A program made the position numbers and the translations under genes. Positions 19,304-27,115 of a stretch of DNA of 64,000 bases are shown here, in pieces (the stretch's first letter is position 1; the number at the start of each line of letters is the position of its first letter). This DNA is from a virus: the IMG/VR virus record IMGVR_UViG_3300032307_000369, positions 30,875-94,874 of that record; one strand, given 5' to 3'. The notes below the pieces were generated by a model that was not told the DNA's origin, made no database searches, and worked only from the letters and a program-made list of their open reading frames with translations.

Positions 19304-19585
19304 TTAATCCCTTCTAGCATCATTCTTACCGTCTGCTCGACTAATACGCTCCACATCTGGTTTCAAACCCAATGCATTACTTACCACAGTGTCAATACGG
19401 ATAACGTCATGGTTCATGGTTTTAACACGATTGTCCAAAGCTACAATAATTCCAGCCATACCTTTGATACTGCCCAAAACACCCTGCAATAGTAGTTTGA
19501 TTGTCAAGTACACAAAGTATCCGCCTGCAAAAGCAACTGCAATTGGGAACCCTAGATCACCAATTATTTTAAAAATTTCGTTCAT
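19304..19585 (-). CDS. small membrane protein, paralog of 18541-18942
   Basis: GFPIAVAFAGGYFVYL TM helix, then ALDNRVKTMNHDVIRI matching the paralog. Confidence 0.5.
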   Translation of the reverse strand: MNEIFKIIGDLGFPIAVAFAGGYFVYLTIKLLLQGVLGSIKGMAGIIVALDNRVKTMNHDVIRIDTVVSNALGLKPDVERISRADGKNDARRD

Positions 19586-19622
19586 AAAAGCTCCATTTTT
19601 TACTATATCCGTATTTATGGTG

Positions 19623-19651
19623 TTGACAAATATATCATTAGAGCTTATAAT
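19623..19651 (+). promoter_or_regulatory. sigma70-like promoter, TTGACA-N17-TATAAT
   Basis: Perfect consensus hexamers with a 17-bp spacer, 7 nt upstream of the ATG at 19658. A CATAAATA motif on the opposite strand could serve the minus-strand cluster. Confidence 0.55.
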
Positions 19652-19657
19652 ACATAC

Positions 19658-19897
19658 ATGAACACTATTGATAAAGCACTAATTGAGCTGAAATGTCAAA
19701 TTTTGGACATTTTGTTTGTTAAACGACTCCAGGGTAAAACTGAGATTCCTGTACAAGAACTTCTTGAAGAATTAGGAATGGATGAAGATACCAATCTAAC
19801 CGGGCTTGATCCGCAAGATACTATCGAACTAAACAGTAAGACACTTGATGATGTGGAACAGGCAAAGCGTAAAATTCGCTCGTCTATGTTCCATTAA
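19658..19897 (+). CDS. hypothetical protein (79 aa)
   Basis: ORF directly downstream of the consensus promoter. Confidence 0.45.
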   Translation: MNTIDKALIELKCQILDILFVKRLQGKTEIPVQELLEELGMDEDTNLTGLDPQDTIELNSKTLDDVEQAKRKIRSSMFH

Positions 19898-19906
19898 ATA
19901 GTATAC

Positions 19907-19981
19907 CTGGCGATAGTTCAACGGATAGAACAGTAGCCTTCTAAGCTATTAATCCAGGTTCGATTCCTGGTCGCCGGACCA
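19907..19981 (+). tRNA. tRNA-Arg (anticodon UCU)
   Basis: Cloverleaf folded by hand. Acceptor CTGGCGA/TCGCCGG, D arm GTTC/GAAC, anticodon stem GTAGC/GCTAT with loop CTTCTAA, T arm CCAGG-TTCGATT-CCTGG, discriminator A and an encoded CCA. Confidence 0.8.
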
Positions 19982-19998
19982 CTTTTAGAAAGTTTGCT

Positions 19999-20832
19999 AT
20001 GAAAATTAACCTAGTCAGTGACATGCACATCAACTTTCAAGATATTAACTTGCCAGGTGGTGATGTGCTCATTATGGCTGGTGATATCATGGAAGCTGGG
20101 CATCTACGTCTTGCTGACAATGCTAAAAAGAATACTTTTATTGCAGACCGGTACCGTAGATTCATCAATGAAGAATTAATCAAATACCGTCATGTGATCT
20201 ACGTTGCGGGTAATCACGAACATTATAGTAACAGCTATGACGATACTCACGATAGACTAAAACGTGAATTGCCTGACAACGTGCATTTTTTAGAAGCAGA
20301 ATCAATCAAGATTGATGATGTATGGTTCTTTGGTGGCACGTTTTGGACTGACATGAACAAGGGTGATCCTATTACTGCCAGTGTGTTAAAACAAAACATG
20401 GCTGACTTCAGTGGGTCTATCAAATTTGGTAATAGTATTCGTGTTGATACCATGTACGGTGATAGTTTTTACACCAGTAAATTCACTCCAGCGTATGCCA
20501 AGGGCGTGTTTCACGAAACAATGGAAAAATTGAAAACTTTTTTAGAAGCTCACCCTGATGAAAAAGTTGTTGTAGTAAGTCATCATGCACCAACAGAGTT
20601 GAGTGTTAATGAATACTACAAAAATGAATTCCATATGAATGGTGGATACCATAGTCGATTGGGTGATTTTATTTTAGATCATCCTAATATCAAAGTATGG
20701 TGCCATGGTCACATGCACGATCCGGTTGATTACACTATAGGCACAACTCGTGTGCTGAGTAACCCACGTGGTTATAAAGGATATGAGCAACAAGCTGAAG
20801 TGTTTGATCCTAATTTTAGTTTTGACGTATAA
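19999..20832 (+). CDS. calcineurin-like metallophosphoesterase
   Basis: MPP motifs: DMH (block I), GDIME (block II), GNHE (block III), HHAP and GHMH. Confidence 0.7.
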   Translation: MKINLVSDMHINFQDINLPGGDVLIMAGDIMEAGHLRLADNAKKNTFIADRYRRFINEELIKYRHVIYVAGNHEHYSNSYDDTHDRLKRELPDNVHFLEAESIKIDDVWFFGGTFWTDMNKGDPITASVLKQNMADFSGSIKFGNSIRVDTMYGDSFYTSKFTPAYAKGVFHETMEKLKTFLEAHPDEKVVVVSHHAPTELSVNEYYKNEFHMNGGYHSRLGDFILDHPNIKVWCHGHMHDPVDYTIGTTRVLSNPRGYKGYEQQAEVFDPNFSFDV

Positions 20833-20843
20833 GGACAACAGAC

Positions 20844-21473
20844 ATGGGATTTGTTTGTGATGGAGATTTATCTAAGATATTTGGACGCATTGACAAAAAA
20901 CTGTCTGTTGTGCATGATAAAGACAAGTCGTTAGTTAAACTACTTGATCTTGACATTGAACAAGGACCGTGGCTTGCTGGCGGAGCCGTACTCACATGGC
21001 TCAGTGGACATCCTGTTGGAGACAGTGACTTTGATATCTTTTTCAAAGACTTGCGACAGTTTGATGAAATGTTTGGCAGGCTCATGCGCAATCATGCTAG
21101 TATTATCTATACCAGTGAAAACGCATTAACTCTACATCTTACCATTGATGATGAACTCAAACGCATACAATTAATTCGAAAGAGTTATTTTGATTCTGCA
21201 AAAGATGTAATTGATCATTTTGATTTTACAATTTGTCAATTGGTCACTGATGGATACCAAGTAATTGGTGCTGATCATACCTTTGAACATTTAAAAGAAA
21301 AAAGAATTGTCAGTGTAGGTCCAGCAAAGCGGTCTGTGGTAAAACGAATTGTCAAATACGTTAGTTATGGGTATACCGTTGATCAAAATTTGATGCAGTC
21401 TATTCTTGACAACCCAGATGATTATGACTGGTCGTTTAATAACATAGATGAAAATTATGAAAACGCATTCTAA
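20844..21473 (+). CDS. putative Pol-beta-superfamily nucleotidyltransferase
   Basis: LAGGAVLTWLSGHPVGDSDFDIFF fits the hG[GS]-x(9-13)-D-x-[DE] NTase signature. The rest is unknown. Confidence 0.4.
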   Translation: MGFVCDGDLSKIFGRIDKKLSVVHDKDKSLVKLLDLDIEQGPWLAGGAVLTWLSGHPVGDSDFDIFFKDLRQFDEMFGRLMRNHASIIYTSENALTLHLTIDDELKRIQLIRKSYFDSAKDVIDHFDFTICQLVTDGYQVIGADHTFEHLKEKRIVSVGPAKRSVVKRIVKYVSYGYTVDQNLMQSILDNPDDYDWSFNNIDENYENAF

Positions 21474-21840
21474 GTATCATGGTTGGAGTTTACTAGACCC
21501 ACGTCCAGTATTTTACCTAGACGAAACAACTCACACTGAATTGTGTGTATGGAACGGTATATACATGACCAAAAAACAAGCTATGTTGATTGCGTGTGAA
21601 AAATACTTGTCAATTTGGCCTACCCCAACTATGAAAAATCGTAGCTATCAAGAGTTCATTACTGCATATTTTAGTAATGCGTTTGGTCACAGAGAGTGGG
21701 ATGGCATTATTTCTAGATTGAACAACGGACAAGATCACTACAATTTGCTAGTTAAGATGCTAAAACCGCATACTCAAAAGATGCCGGCATATTCCGGACC
21801 AGAAGTTTTGTCTTGGTTTAACCTACACAAACAAAAATAG
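21448..21840 (+). CDS. hypothetical protein (130 aa)
   Basis: Overlaps the upstream NTase-like gene. Contains R-x6-H (RLNNGQDH), possibly HEPN-like. Weak call. Confidence 0.4.
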   Translation: MKIMKTHSKYHGWSLLDPRPVFYLDETTHTELCVWNGIYMTKKQAMLIACEKYLSIWPTPTMKNRSYQEFITAYFSNAFGHREWDGIISRLNNGQDHYNLLVKMLKPHTQKMPAYSGPEVLSWFNLHKQK

Positions 21841-21848
21841 GCTATATT

Positions 21849-22067
21849 ATGACTCGTTATACAGCAGAAGTTAAATACGACAAAGACACAGACGAACATT
21901 ATTTGCAGTTTGATCCAGAAGTTCTATCTCAAATGGGATGGGATTTTGGTGATACTATAATTTGGAAGGATAATAACGATGGGTCATTCACGCTTACGAA
22001 AAAAGTGGATAACCAACCCAGTGACCAGACTTCAAATGTTCCAGTTAATGGAGCCGCTGAAGAGTAA
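21849..22067 (+). CDS. hypothetical protein (72 aa)
   Basis: Short ORF with an ATG and a purine-rich upstream region. Confidence 0.4.
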   Translation: MTRYTAEVKYDKDTDEHYLQFDPEVLSQMGWDFGDTIIWKDNNDGSFTLTKKVDNQPSDQTSNVPVNGAAEE

Positions 22068-22662
22068 ACTACTAGGTTTCCCTTTATACAAAGAAGAAAT
22101 CAGTGCCGTAATTGGTGAATTACTTAGTACTAAATTTAGAGCTGATATCATACAAGCTGAAGCAAGCCAAGTAGATATAGGTGATGTAAACGTGAGTGCC
22201 TGTTATGATCCAGAATTGGACAGTATGGATCGACCTTGTATTGAAATAGTATTAGTTTATAATCCTTACGATACATTTTTAATTTTTGATCAAGAATTAT
22301 TTTCCACATTGACCAAAAGACTCTGTGATGCACTATCACATGAACAAATTCATCAACAACAGCACAGATCTAGATTTTGGGAAGATGTGGATTATGATGA
22401 CCCTGATGACGATGAAGCATATTTGGCTAACAAAGATGAAATTGATGCATACAGTCATAACATTGCCAATGAACTTTTGGACTTCGCAGACCTAAATCAG
22501 GTCTTGACATTAATACAATATCCAAGTAAAATAAAGATTGAACACAGCGTAAACCTTTGGGTTTACATGCAAACATTTAACAACGATACAAATCATCCAG
22601 TAATCAAAAGATTACTAAAAAAAGTTACTAAAATTCTACCTAAGGTAGTTTTACAAAGATAA
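22049..22662 (+). CDS. hypothetical acidic protein
   Basis: ATG at 22049 (MEPLKSKLL…) is preferred over the track start at 21979, which overlaps the previous gene by 89 nt. Carries a DYDDPDDDE acidic patch. Confidence 0.45.
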
Positions 22663-22779
22663 ATAAAATACTATGAAGACAACAGCATATCAATTTGCAT
22701 CCAATAAGAAGATTCCTTCTTCCGTTGTCTACTTGTCTTTAATCCCACGAATACGATTACAACACTCTTAAAAAGTTAA

Positions 22780-22880
22780 GGGAGTGTTGCTAATATTGGC
22801 CTAAGGGCAGAGCTTATACCTCTGTAAGCACCGTCTAGATAAGGCGGCGAATGTGGGTTCGATTCCCGCCACTCCTACCA
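22780..22880 (+). tRNA. atypical tRNA-like element (about 101 nt including CCA, anticodon unresolved)
   Basis: Canonical 3' half: T arm GTGGG-TTCGATT-CCCGC, acceptor 3' strand CACTCCT, discriminator A, CCA. The only complementary 5' strand is GGGAGTG, giving G1:U72 and about 25 extra nt in the 5' half. GGGAGTG also pairs with an upstream AACACTC as a hairpin. Confidence 0.35.
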
Positions 22881-22886
22881 AACATT

Positions 22887-22971
22887 GCCTGCATGGTGAA
22901 ATAGGTAAACACAGCAGACTTAAAATCTGCCGGAGAAATCCTTCCCAGTTCGATTCTGGGTGCAGGCACCA
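22887..22971 (+). tRNA. tRNA-Leu (anticodon UAA), class II
   Basis: Acceptor GCCTGCA/TGCAGGC, 3-bp D stem GTG/CAC with GG in the loop, anticodon stem GCAGA/TCTGC with loop CTTAAAA, 13-nt variable arm, T arm CCCAG-TTCGATT-CTGGG, A73 and CCA. Confidence 0.8.
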
Positions 22972-22978
22972 AATACAG

Positions 22979-23007
22979 TTGACAAAGATAACAAAAACAT
23001 ATATAAT
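22979..23007 (+). promoter_or_regulatory. sigma70-like promoter, TTGACA-N17-TATAAT, driving the second tRNA-Leu
   Basis: Perfect hexamers with a 17-bp spacer, ending 24 nt before the tRNA 5' end at 23031. Confidence 0.5.
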
Positions 23008-23030
23008 AAGGAACACTTTAAAAGGAAAAT

Positions 23031-23114
23031 GCGACTGTGGTGGAATGGTATACACAGCAGACTTAAAATCTGCCGCCGCAAGGATTGAGGGTTCGAGTCT
23101 CTCCAGTCGTACCA
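23031..23114 (+). tRNA. tRNA-Leu (anticodon UAA), second copy, class II
   Basis: Acceptor GCGACTG/CAGTCGT (G1:U72), D stem GTG/CAC, an anticodon arm identical to the first copy (GCAGA-CTTAAAA-TCTGC), long variable arm, T arm GAGGG-TTCGAGT-CTCTC, A73 and CCA. Confidence 0.75.
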
Positions 23115-23120
23115 AACATT

Positions 23121-23951
23121 ATGAGAAATCACTATTGGTCATGCAGTAAATTTGCCGACTGGCTTAGGGGCACTGCTAAACTAAAAATGGGCACTGCCGA
23201 GCAATGGGACGAGTGGACTACCACTGCCCAAATGAAACACAACTTCCGTTATTGGTTGGCAGAAGAAGGTTTGGATTATTTGCAAAAGATTGTTTATTGG
23301 CCTACAGATACTCTTTATGATTTTAAGTACTATATTAATAACCGTTGGGTTACTCGCACTCATAGTCTTACCGCTCACCCTCGTGACATCAAGCCCGGTA
23401 GCTGGTGCGACGTGGGCAACCGGTTCCTCCCTTGCTTATTCAACGAACTTGTTGACTATGTCGAAATTGAACTAGCTTGGTGGCATGTCGCTTGGGATGA
23501 AGAAGCACGTAAAAAATTTAAGAGCCCTTGGTATGCTACAGGTTGGTTCCGCTGGCGTACATGGCGTAATCCAGAATGCGGAATTGCCAATTTAGAGTGG
23601 CAACGTAAACTTATTCACGATGACGAATACTGTAAAGACGAAAAGTATTACATGAAGCCAACTCCCCAAGCTGTCAAAGCACAGGAGATTTTGGATCTTT
23701 ATATTTGGTGGACACAAATTTATCGCAATCGCCCAGACCCGTATGAAGCTAGTGGTTGGACAGCGGCTTGCGAAGCGCAACGTGAGGCTAACGGTGGTAA
23801 GTTAAGTTGGAATACTCCAAAAGATCCTGCACTTAAAAAGCAAAGCGACAAAGCACACAAGCTACTTCAAAAGATTGAAGCAGACTATGAGAAAGAAGAC
23901 GAACAAATGATGATTCGTTTAATCAAAGTTCGACATGGCTTGTGGACATAA
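23121..23951 (+). CDS. hypothetical Trp-rich protein
   Basis: The start is moved to the first ATG after the tRNA, because the track start at 23085 lies inside the tRNA. 276 aa with 20 or more Trp residues and no recognisable motif. Confidence 0.5.
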   Translation: MRNHYWSCSKFADWLRGTAKLKMGTAEQWDEWTTTAQMKHNFRYWLAEEGLDYLQKIVYWPTDTLYDFKYYINNRWVTRTHSLTAHPRDIKPGSWCDVGNRFLPCLFNELVDYVEIELAWWHVAWDEEARKKFKSPWYATGWFRWRTWRNPECGIANLEWQRKLIHDDEYCKDEKYYMKPTPQAVKAQEILDLYIWWTQIYRNRPDPYEASGWTAACEAQREANGGKLSWNTPKDPALKKQSDKAHKLLQKIEADYEKEDEQMMIRLIKVRHGLWT

Positions 23952-23985
23952 TTGTATAAACTTCATTTAAACTAGGAGAACTAAA

Positions 23986-24165
23986 ATGGCAGGTGTAGCG
24001 AAAAGTAATTATCTCACAGTAACCGAAGTGATAGACGGAAAACATGTTACAGTTTTTAACAAGATGTTTTTTAACGCTGGGGATATGAACAAGTACATTA
24101 AAGAAGAAAAGTTTTTAGAAAAATATCCAAAACCACAATACACCATTTATAAGGAATGCTATTAA
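23986..24165 (+). CDS. hypothetical protein (59 aa)
   Basis: Below the track cutoff. SD GGAG 8 nt upstream. The stop overlaps the next start (TAATG). Confidence 0.4.
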   Translation: MAGVAKSNYLTVTEVIDGKHVTVFNKMFFNAGDMNKYIKEEKFLEKYPKPQYTIYKECY

Positions 24166-24368
24166 TGAGTGATCCGTTAGACGAAGCAGAAAGATTTACC
24201 AATTTATTCCTCCAAGAAGGTCTTGCCCGTAGAGCGCCAGTTCCTGAAAAAACTGGAGTATGTCTAGTAGTAGATTGTGGCGAACCTACTGAAGGATCAT
24301 TTTGTTCAAAAGAATGTCGTGAAGATTACGAAAAGATTGAACGTCTCCGTAAGATTCGTGGTAATTGA
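24165..24368 (+). CDS. small Cys-containing protein (possible zinc binding)
   Basis: CLVVDCGEPTEGSFCSKEC is a four-cysteine cluster. Confidence 0.4.
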   Translation: MSDPLDEAERFTNLFLQEGLARRAPVPEKTGVCLVVDCGEPTEGSFCSKECREDYEKIERLRKIRGN

Positions 24369-24484
24369 ATATCAAGTTTGAACAAACTCCCCTAAATAAT
24401 TTGTAACAAAGCATAGACATTAGTGTTTGTCCTTGTTATAATTAAAGCTAACGCACTTAAACAAAGACACACTTAAGGATTTAC

Positions 24485-25573
24485 ATGTCTTATTTTCTCA
24501 AATCTGGTAATACATTCCGCGTCAGTTCTAAAGAAGCCATGGACTTGCATGACAAGTTGCCAGCAGGTAACTATGTGGTTAAAGAGATGCCCATGGATGG
24601 CCCACTTTACCTAGAGCATATTGACTCTTTTGAAGTCAAAGGCAAACGTTACGGTGACTTGGACAAGAATACTGATCGTATTCTTAATACCTTTATGAGC
24701 CGTACAGCATCTACAGGTGTTATGCTTGCAGGTGAAAAAGGTTCTGGCAAGTCATTGCTGGCTAAGAATTTGGCCATTGTTGCGGCTCGTGACATGAACA
24801 TTCCATGCATTGTTATCAATGCTCCTTGGGTTGGTGATAAGTTTAACAGTTTCATTCAAAGCATTGAACAACCATGCATGGTCTTGTTTGATGAGTTTGA
24901 AAAAGTTTACGATAGCGATGACCAAGAAAAGGCATTGACCTTGCTGGATGGTGTATTCCCTAGCAAGAAGCTGTTTGTCCTAACTTGTAACGACAAGTGG
25001 CGTATTGACCAGCACATGCGTAACCGTCCAGGTCGCCTGTACTACATGTTGGACTACAAAGGTCTTGATGCGGCATTTATTACTGAGTACTGCATGGATA
25101 ACTTGAAGCCAGCACTGCAAAAGCACACTGAAAAGTTGTGCCAAATTGCCAGCTTGTTTAGCCAGTTTAACTTTGACATGTTGAAAGCAACAGTTGAAGA
25201 AATGAACCGTTACGATGAAGAACCACAAGATGCTCTGCGTATGCTGAACGTCAAGCCAGAGTTTGATTCAGGCAACAAGTTCACAGTCAAGCTACAACTT
25301 AACGGTGATGAGCTGAAAGACACTGATTTGGAAAGCCAAGAGTGGAGTGGTAACCCATTGCAAAGCCAAGTTCGAATCCACTACAAGAATTTTGCTGAAC
25401 AGCAAGATGACGAAGGAGATTTGGACTGGGATTGGGAACGTTTGCATTTTGAAGCTATTGACTTGAAGAAGATTGATAGCCAAACTGGTAAGTTCGTATT
25501 TGTTAAGGATGGCGCTGTGCTTACCCTTAACAAGGTTAAAGAAAAATCTTATAACTACTACGATGCTTTTTGA
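24485..25573 (+). CDS. P-loop ATPase (AAA-like)
   Basis: Walker A GEKGSGKS and Walker B VLFDEFE. The acidic C-terminal half is unknown. Confidence 0.6.
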   Translation: MSYFLKSGNTFRVSSKEAMDLHDKLPAGNYVVKEMPMDGPLYLEHIDSFEVKGKRYGDLDKNTDRILNTFMSRTASTGVMLAGEKGSGKSLLAKNLAIVAARDMNIPCIVINAPWVGDKFNSFIQSIEQPCMVLFDEFEKVYDSDDQEKALTLLDGVFPSKKLFVLTCNDKWRIDQHMRNRPGRLYYMLDYKGLDAAFITEYCMDNLKPALQKHTEKLCQIASLFSQFNFDMLKATVEEMNRYDEEPQDALRMLNVKPEFDSGNKFTVKLQLNGDELKDTDLESQEWSGNPLQSQVRIHYKNFAEQQDDEGDLDWDWERLHFEAIDLKKIDSQTGKFVFVKDGAVLTLNKVKEKSYNYYDAF

Positions 25574-25603
25574 TAAACTGTTGTAAACATACAACATTTA
25601 AGG

Positions 25604-25643
25604 AACAGGACTAGTTGACAAAACCAGCTAGTCCTGTTATAAT
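25604..25643 (+). terminator. terminator-promoter composite hairpin
   Basis: AACAGGACTAG-ttgacaaaacca-CTAGTCCTGTT is a perfect 11-bp stem followed by ATAATTT. The loop contains TTGACA and the 3' arm runs into TATAAT with a 17-bp spacer. Confidence 0.55.
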
Positions 25644-25649
25644 TTACGC

Positions 25650-26198
25650 ATGACAAATACATATATTACATCAGATTTGCACTTTGGTCACAGAAACATT
25701 ATGAATTTCTGTCCAGTTAGTCGCGCACGATATAACGGTGACGTAGACTACATGAATGAACAAATGATAGTTGAATGGAACGCTATTGTTCAACCAGAAG
25801 ACACTGTTTACATTTTGGGTGACGTTGCGTTCTTGCCCACAGCCAAAGCTGTGAGTATCATGCGCCGTTTGAACGGTACAAAGATTTTGATTGAAGGTAA
25901 TCATGACCGTAAGGCATTGCATGATCCTGTATTCCGCAGTTGTTTTTCTGAAGTACACAAGTATCTTTGGATTGATTACAAGGGCACACAGGTAATCATG
26001 TTTCATTATCCTATTGCAGAATGGGATCAAATGCACAGGGGCAGTGTACACTTTCATGGACACTTGCATGGCAATGTCAGCGGAATGGAAAAATATCGCT
26101 GCCGTGACATGGGCATGGATGCAACTGGTAACATTGTGACCAAAATGGAAGATGCTATCAAGGACGCTCTTACGGGCGAAATCAAAAGTCATCATTAA
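25650..26198 (+). CDS. metallophosphoesterase, candidate RNA 3'-phosphatase
   Basis: DLHFGH, GDVAF, GNHD, FHYP and GHLHGN MPP motifs. The ATG lies 7 nt after TATAAT, so the transcript is near-leaderless. Confidence 0.7.
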   Translation: MTNTYITSDLHFGHRNIMNFCPVSRARYNGDVDYMNEQMIVEWNAIVQPEDTVYILGDVAFLPTAKAVSIMRRLNGTKILIEGNHDRKALHDPVFRSCFSEVHKYLWIDYKGTQVIMFHYPIAEWDQMHRGSVHFHGHLHGNVSGMEKYRCRDMGMDATGNIVTKMEDAIKDALTGEIKSHH

Positions 26199-26207
26199 GG
26201 AATCAGT

Positions 26208-26672
26208 ATGGCTAAGTGTTATCAACTTGTTGGAGTTCCAGGCAGTGGAAAAAGCACATGGATCAAAAATCAAGATTGGGCAGTGGACTGTGTGGTAGTT
26301 TCCACAGACGAATTTGTTGAAGATTATGCTCGCGAGTGTGGTTCAACTTATAATGAAGTGTTTGACGACTACATGCCCACTGCTGTTAATCTAATGGCTG
26401 ACCAAGTTGTTCGTGCTCGTGAAGCAGGCAAAGATATTATTTGGGATCAAACTAGTACTACTCAAAAAAGTCGTGCTCGTAAATTCCGTATGTTGCCTGA
26501 GTACGATCATATTGCTGTAGTTTTTACTACACCTGAACAAGACGAGTTGGCTAAAAGATTGGCTAGCCGTCCAGGAAAAAATATTCCTGCTCACGTTATG
26601 CGTAGTATGATTAACCATTTTGAAATGCCTGATGAAGAAGAAGGATTTAAAGAAATTTGGAGAGTATCATGA
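26208..26672 (+). CDS. pnk: polynucleotide 5'-kinase (T4 Pnk kinase-domain-like)
   Basis: VGVPGSGKSTW is identical to the T4 Pnk P-loop context (GCPGSGKSTW). HVMRSMINHFE matches T4 Pnk VLRSMYKSM. There is no HAD phosphatase domain. Confidence 0.7.
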   Translation: MAKCYQLVGVPGSGKSTWIKNQDWAVDCVVVSTDEFVEDYARECGSTYNEVFDDYMPTAVNLMADQVVRAREAGKDIIWDQTSTTQKSRARKFRMLPEYDHIAVVFTTPEQDELAKRLASRPGKNIPAHVMRSMINHFEMPDEEEGFKEIWRVS

Positions 26673-27115
26673 AACAAGAGTTGGACGAACAACTATGTAC
26701 CAAGTACCCTAAGATATTTGTAAACCGTCATGAAGACATGACTACTACTGCTATGTGTTGGGGCTTTGGTTGTGGCGATGGATGGTATCAAATACTTGAC
26801 AGTCTTTGCAGTCAAATTCAACACCACATTGATTGGAACAACAGTAACTTTGATAAAGGTTATACTCAATACAAACAAGTTCCGCAAGTGGTTGTTGATC
26901 AAGTCAAAGAAAAATTTGGTGGGTTACGTTTTTATTACCAAGGTGGTGATGACTACATTCACGGACTAGTTAGCATGGCAGAATCTTGGGCAGTTAACAC
27001 TTGTGAAGAGTGTGGATCGTCTGGAAAGATTCGACATGGCGGATGGATCAAAACTCTTTGTGATAAGCACGAAGAAGAGCGGCAACAACGATATAAAGAA
27101 CGATTCGATGTTTAA
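26669..27115 (+). CDS. Cys-rich hypothetical protein
   Basis: ATG with GGAGAG 8 nt upstream. Multiple Cys pairs (CWGFGCGDGW, CEECGSSGK, LCDKH). Lies between the kinase and the ligase. Confidence 0.45.
   Translation: MKQELDEQLCTKYPKIFVNRHEDMTTTAMCWGFGCGDGWYQILDSLCSQIQHHIDWNNSNFDKGYTQYKQVPQVVVDQVKEKFGGLRFYYQGGDDYIHGLVSMAESWAVNTCEECGSSGKIRHGGWIKTLCDKHEEERQQRYKERFDV

Noticed and set aside
22887-23114. Anticodon UAA tRNAs as ochre suppressors
   Set aside because: The anticodon 5'-UAA-3' pairs with UUA/UUG (Leu) codons, not with the UAA stop. The class II long variable arm and A73 are also Leu identity features.
22801-23149. Three overlapping ORFs (104, 98 and 70 aa) on both strands in the 22800-23150 region
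   Set aside because: They coincide with the tRNA genes. Their translations contain the GIEPT / GFEP peptides that arise from reading tRNA T-arm sequence. They lack ribosome binding sites.
25671-26273. 200-aa minus-strand ORF
   Set aside because: Antisense to the metallophosphoesterase and Pnk genes, both of which carry conserved catalytic motifs in the + frame.
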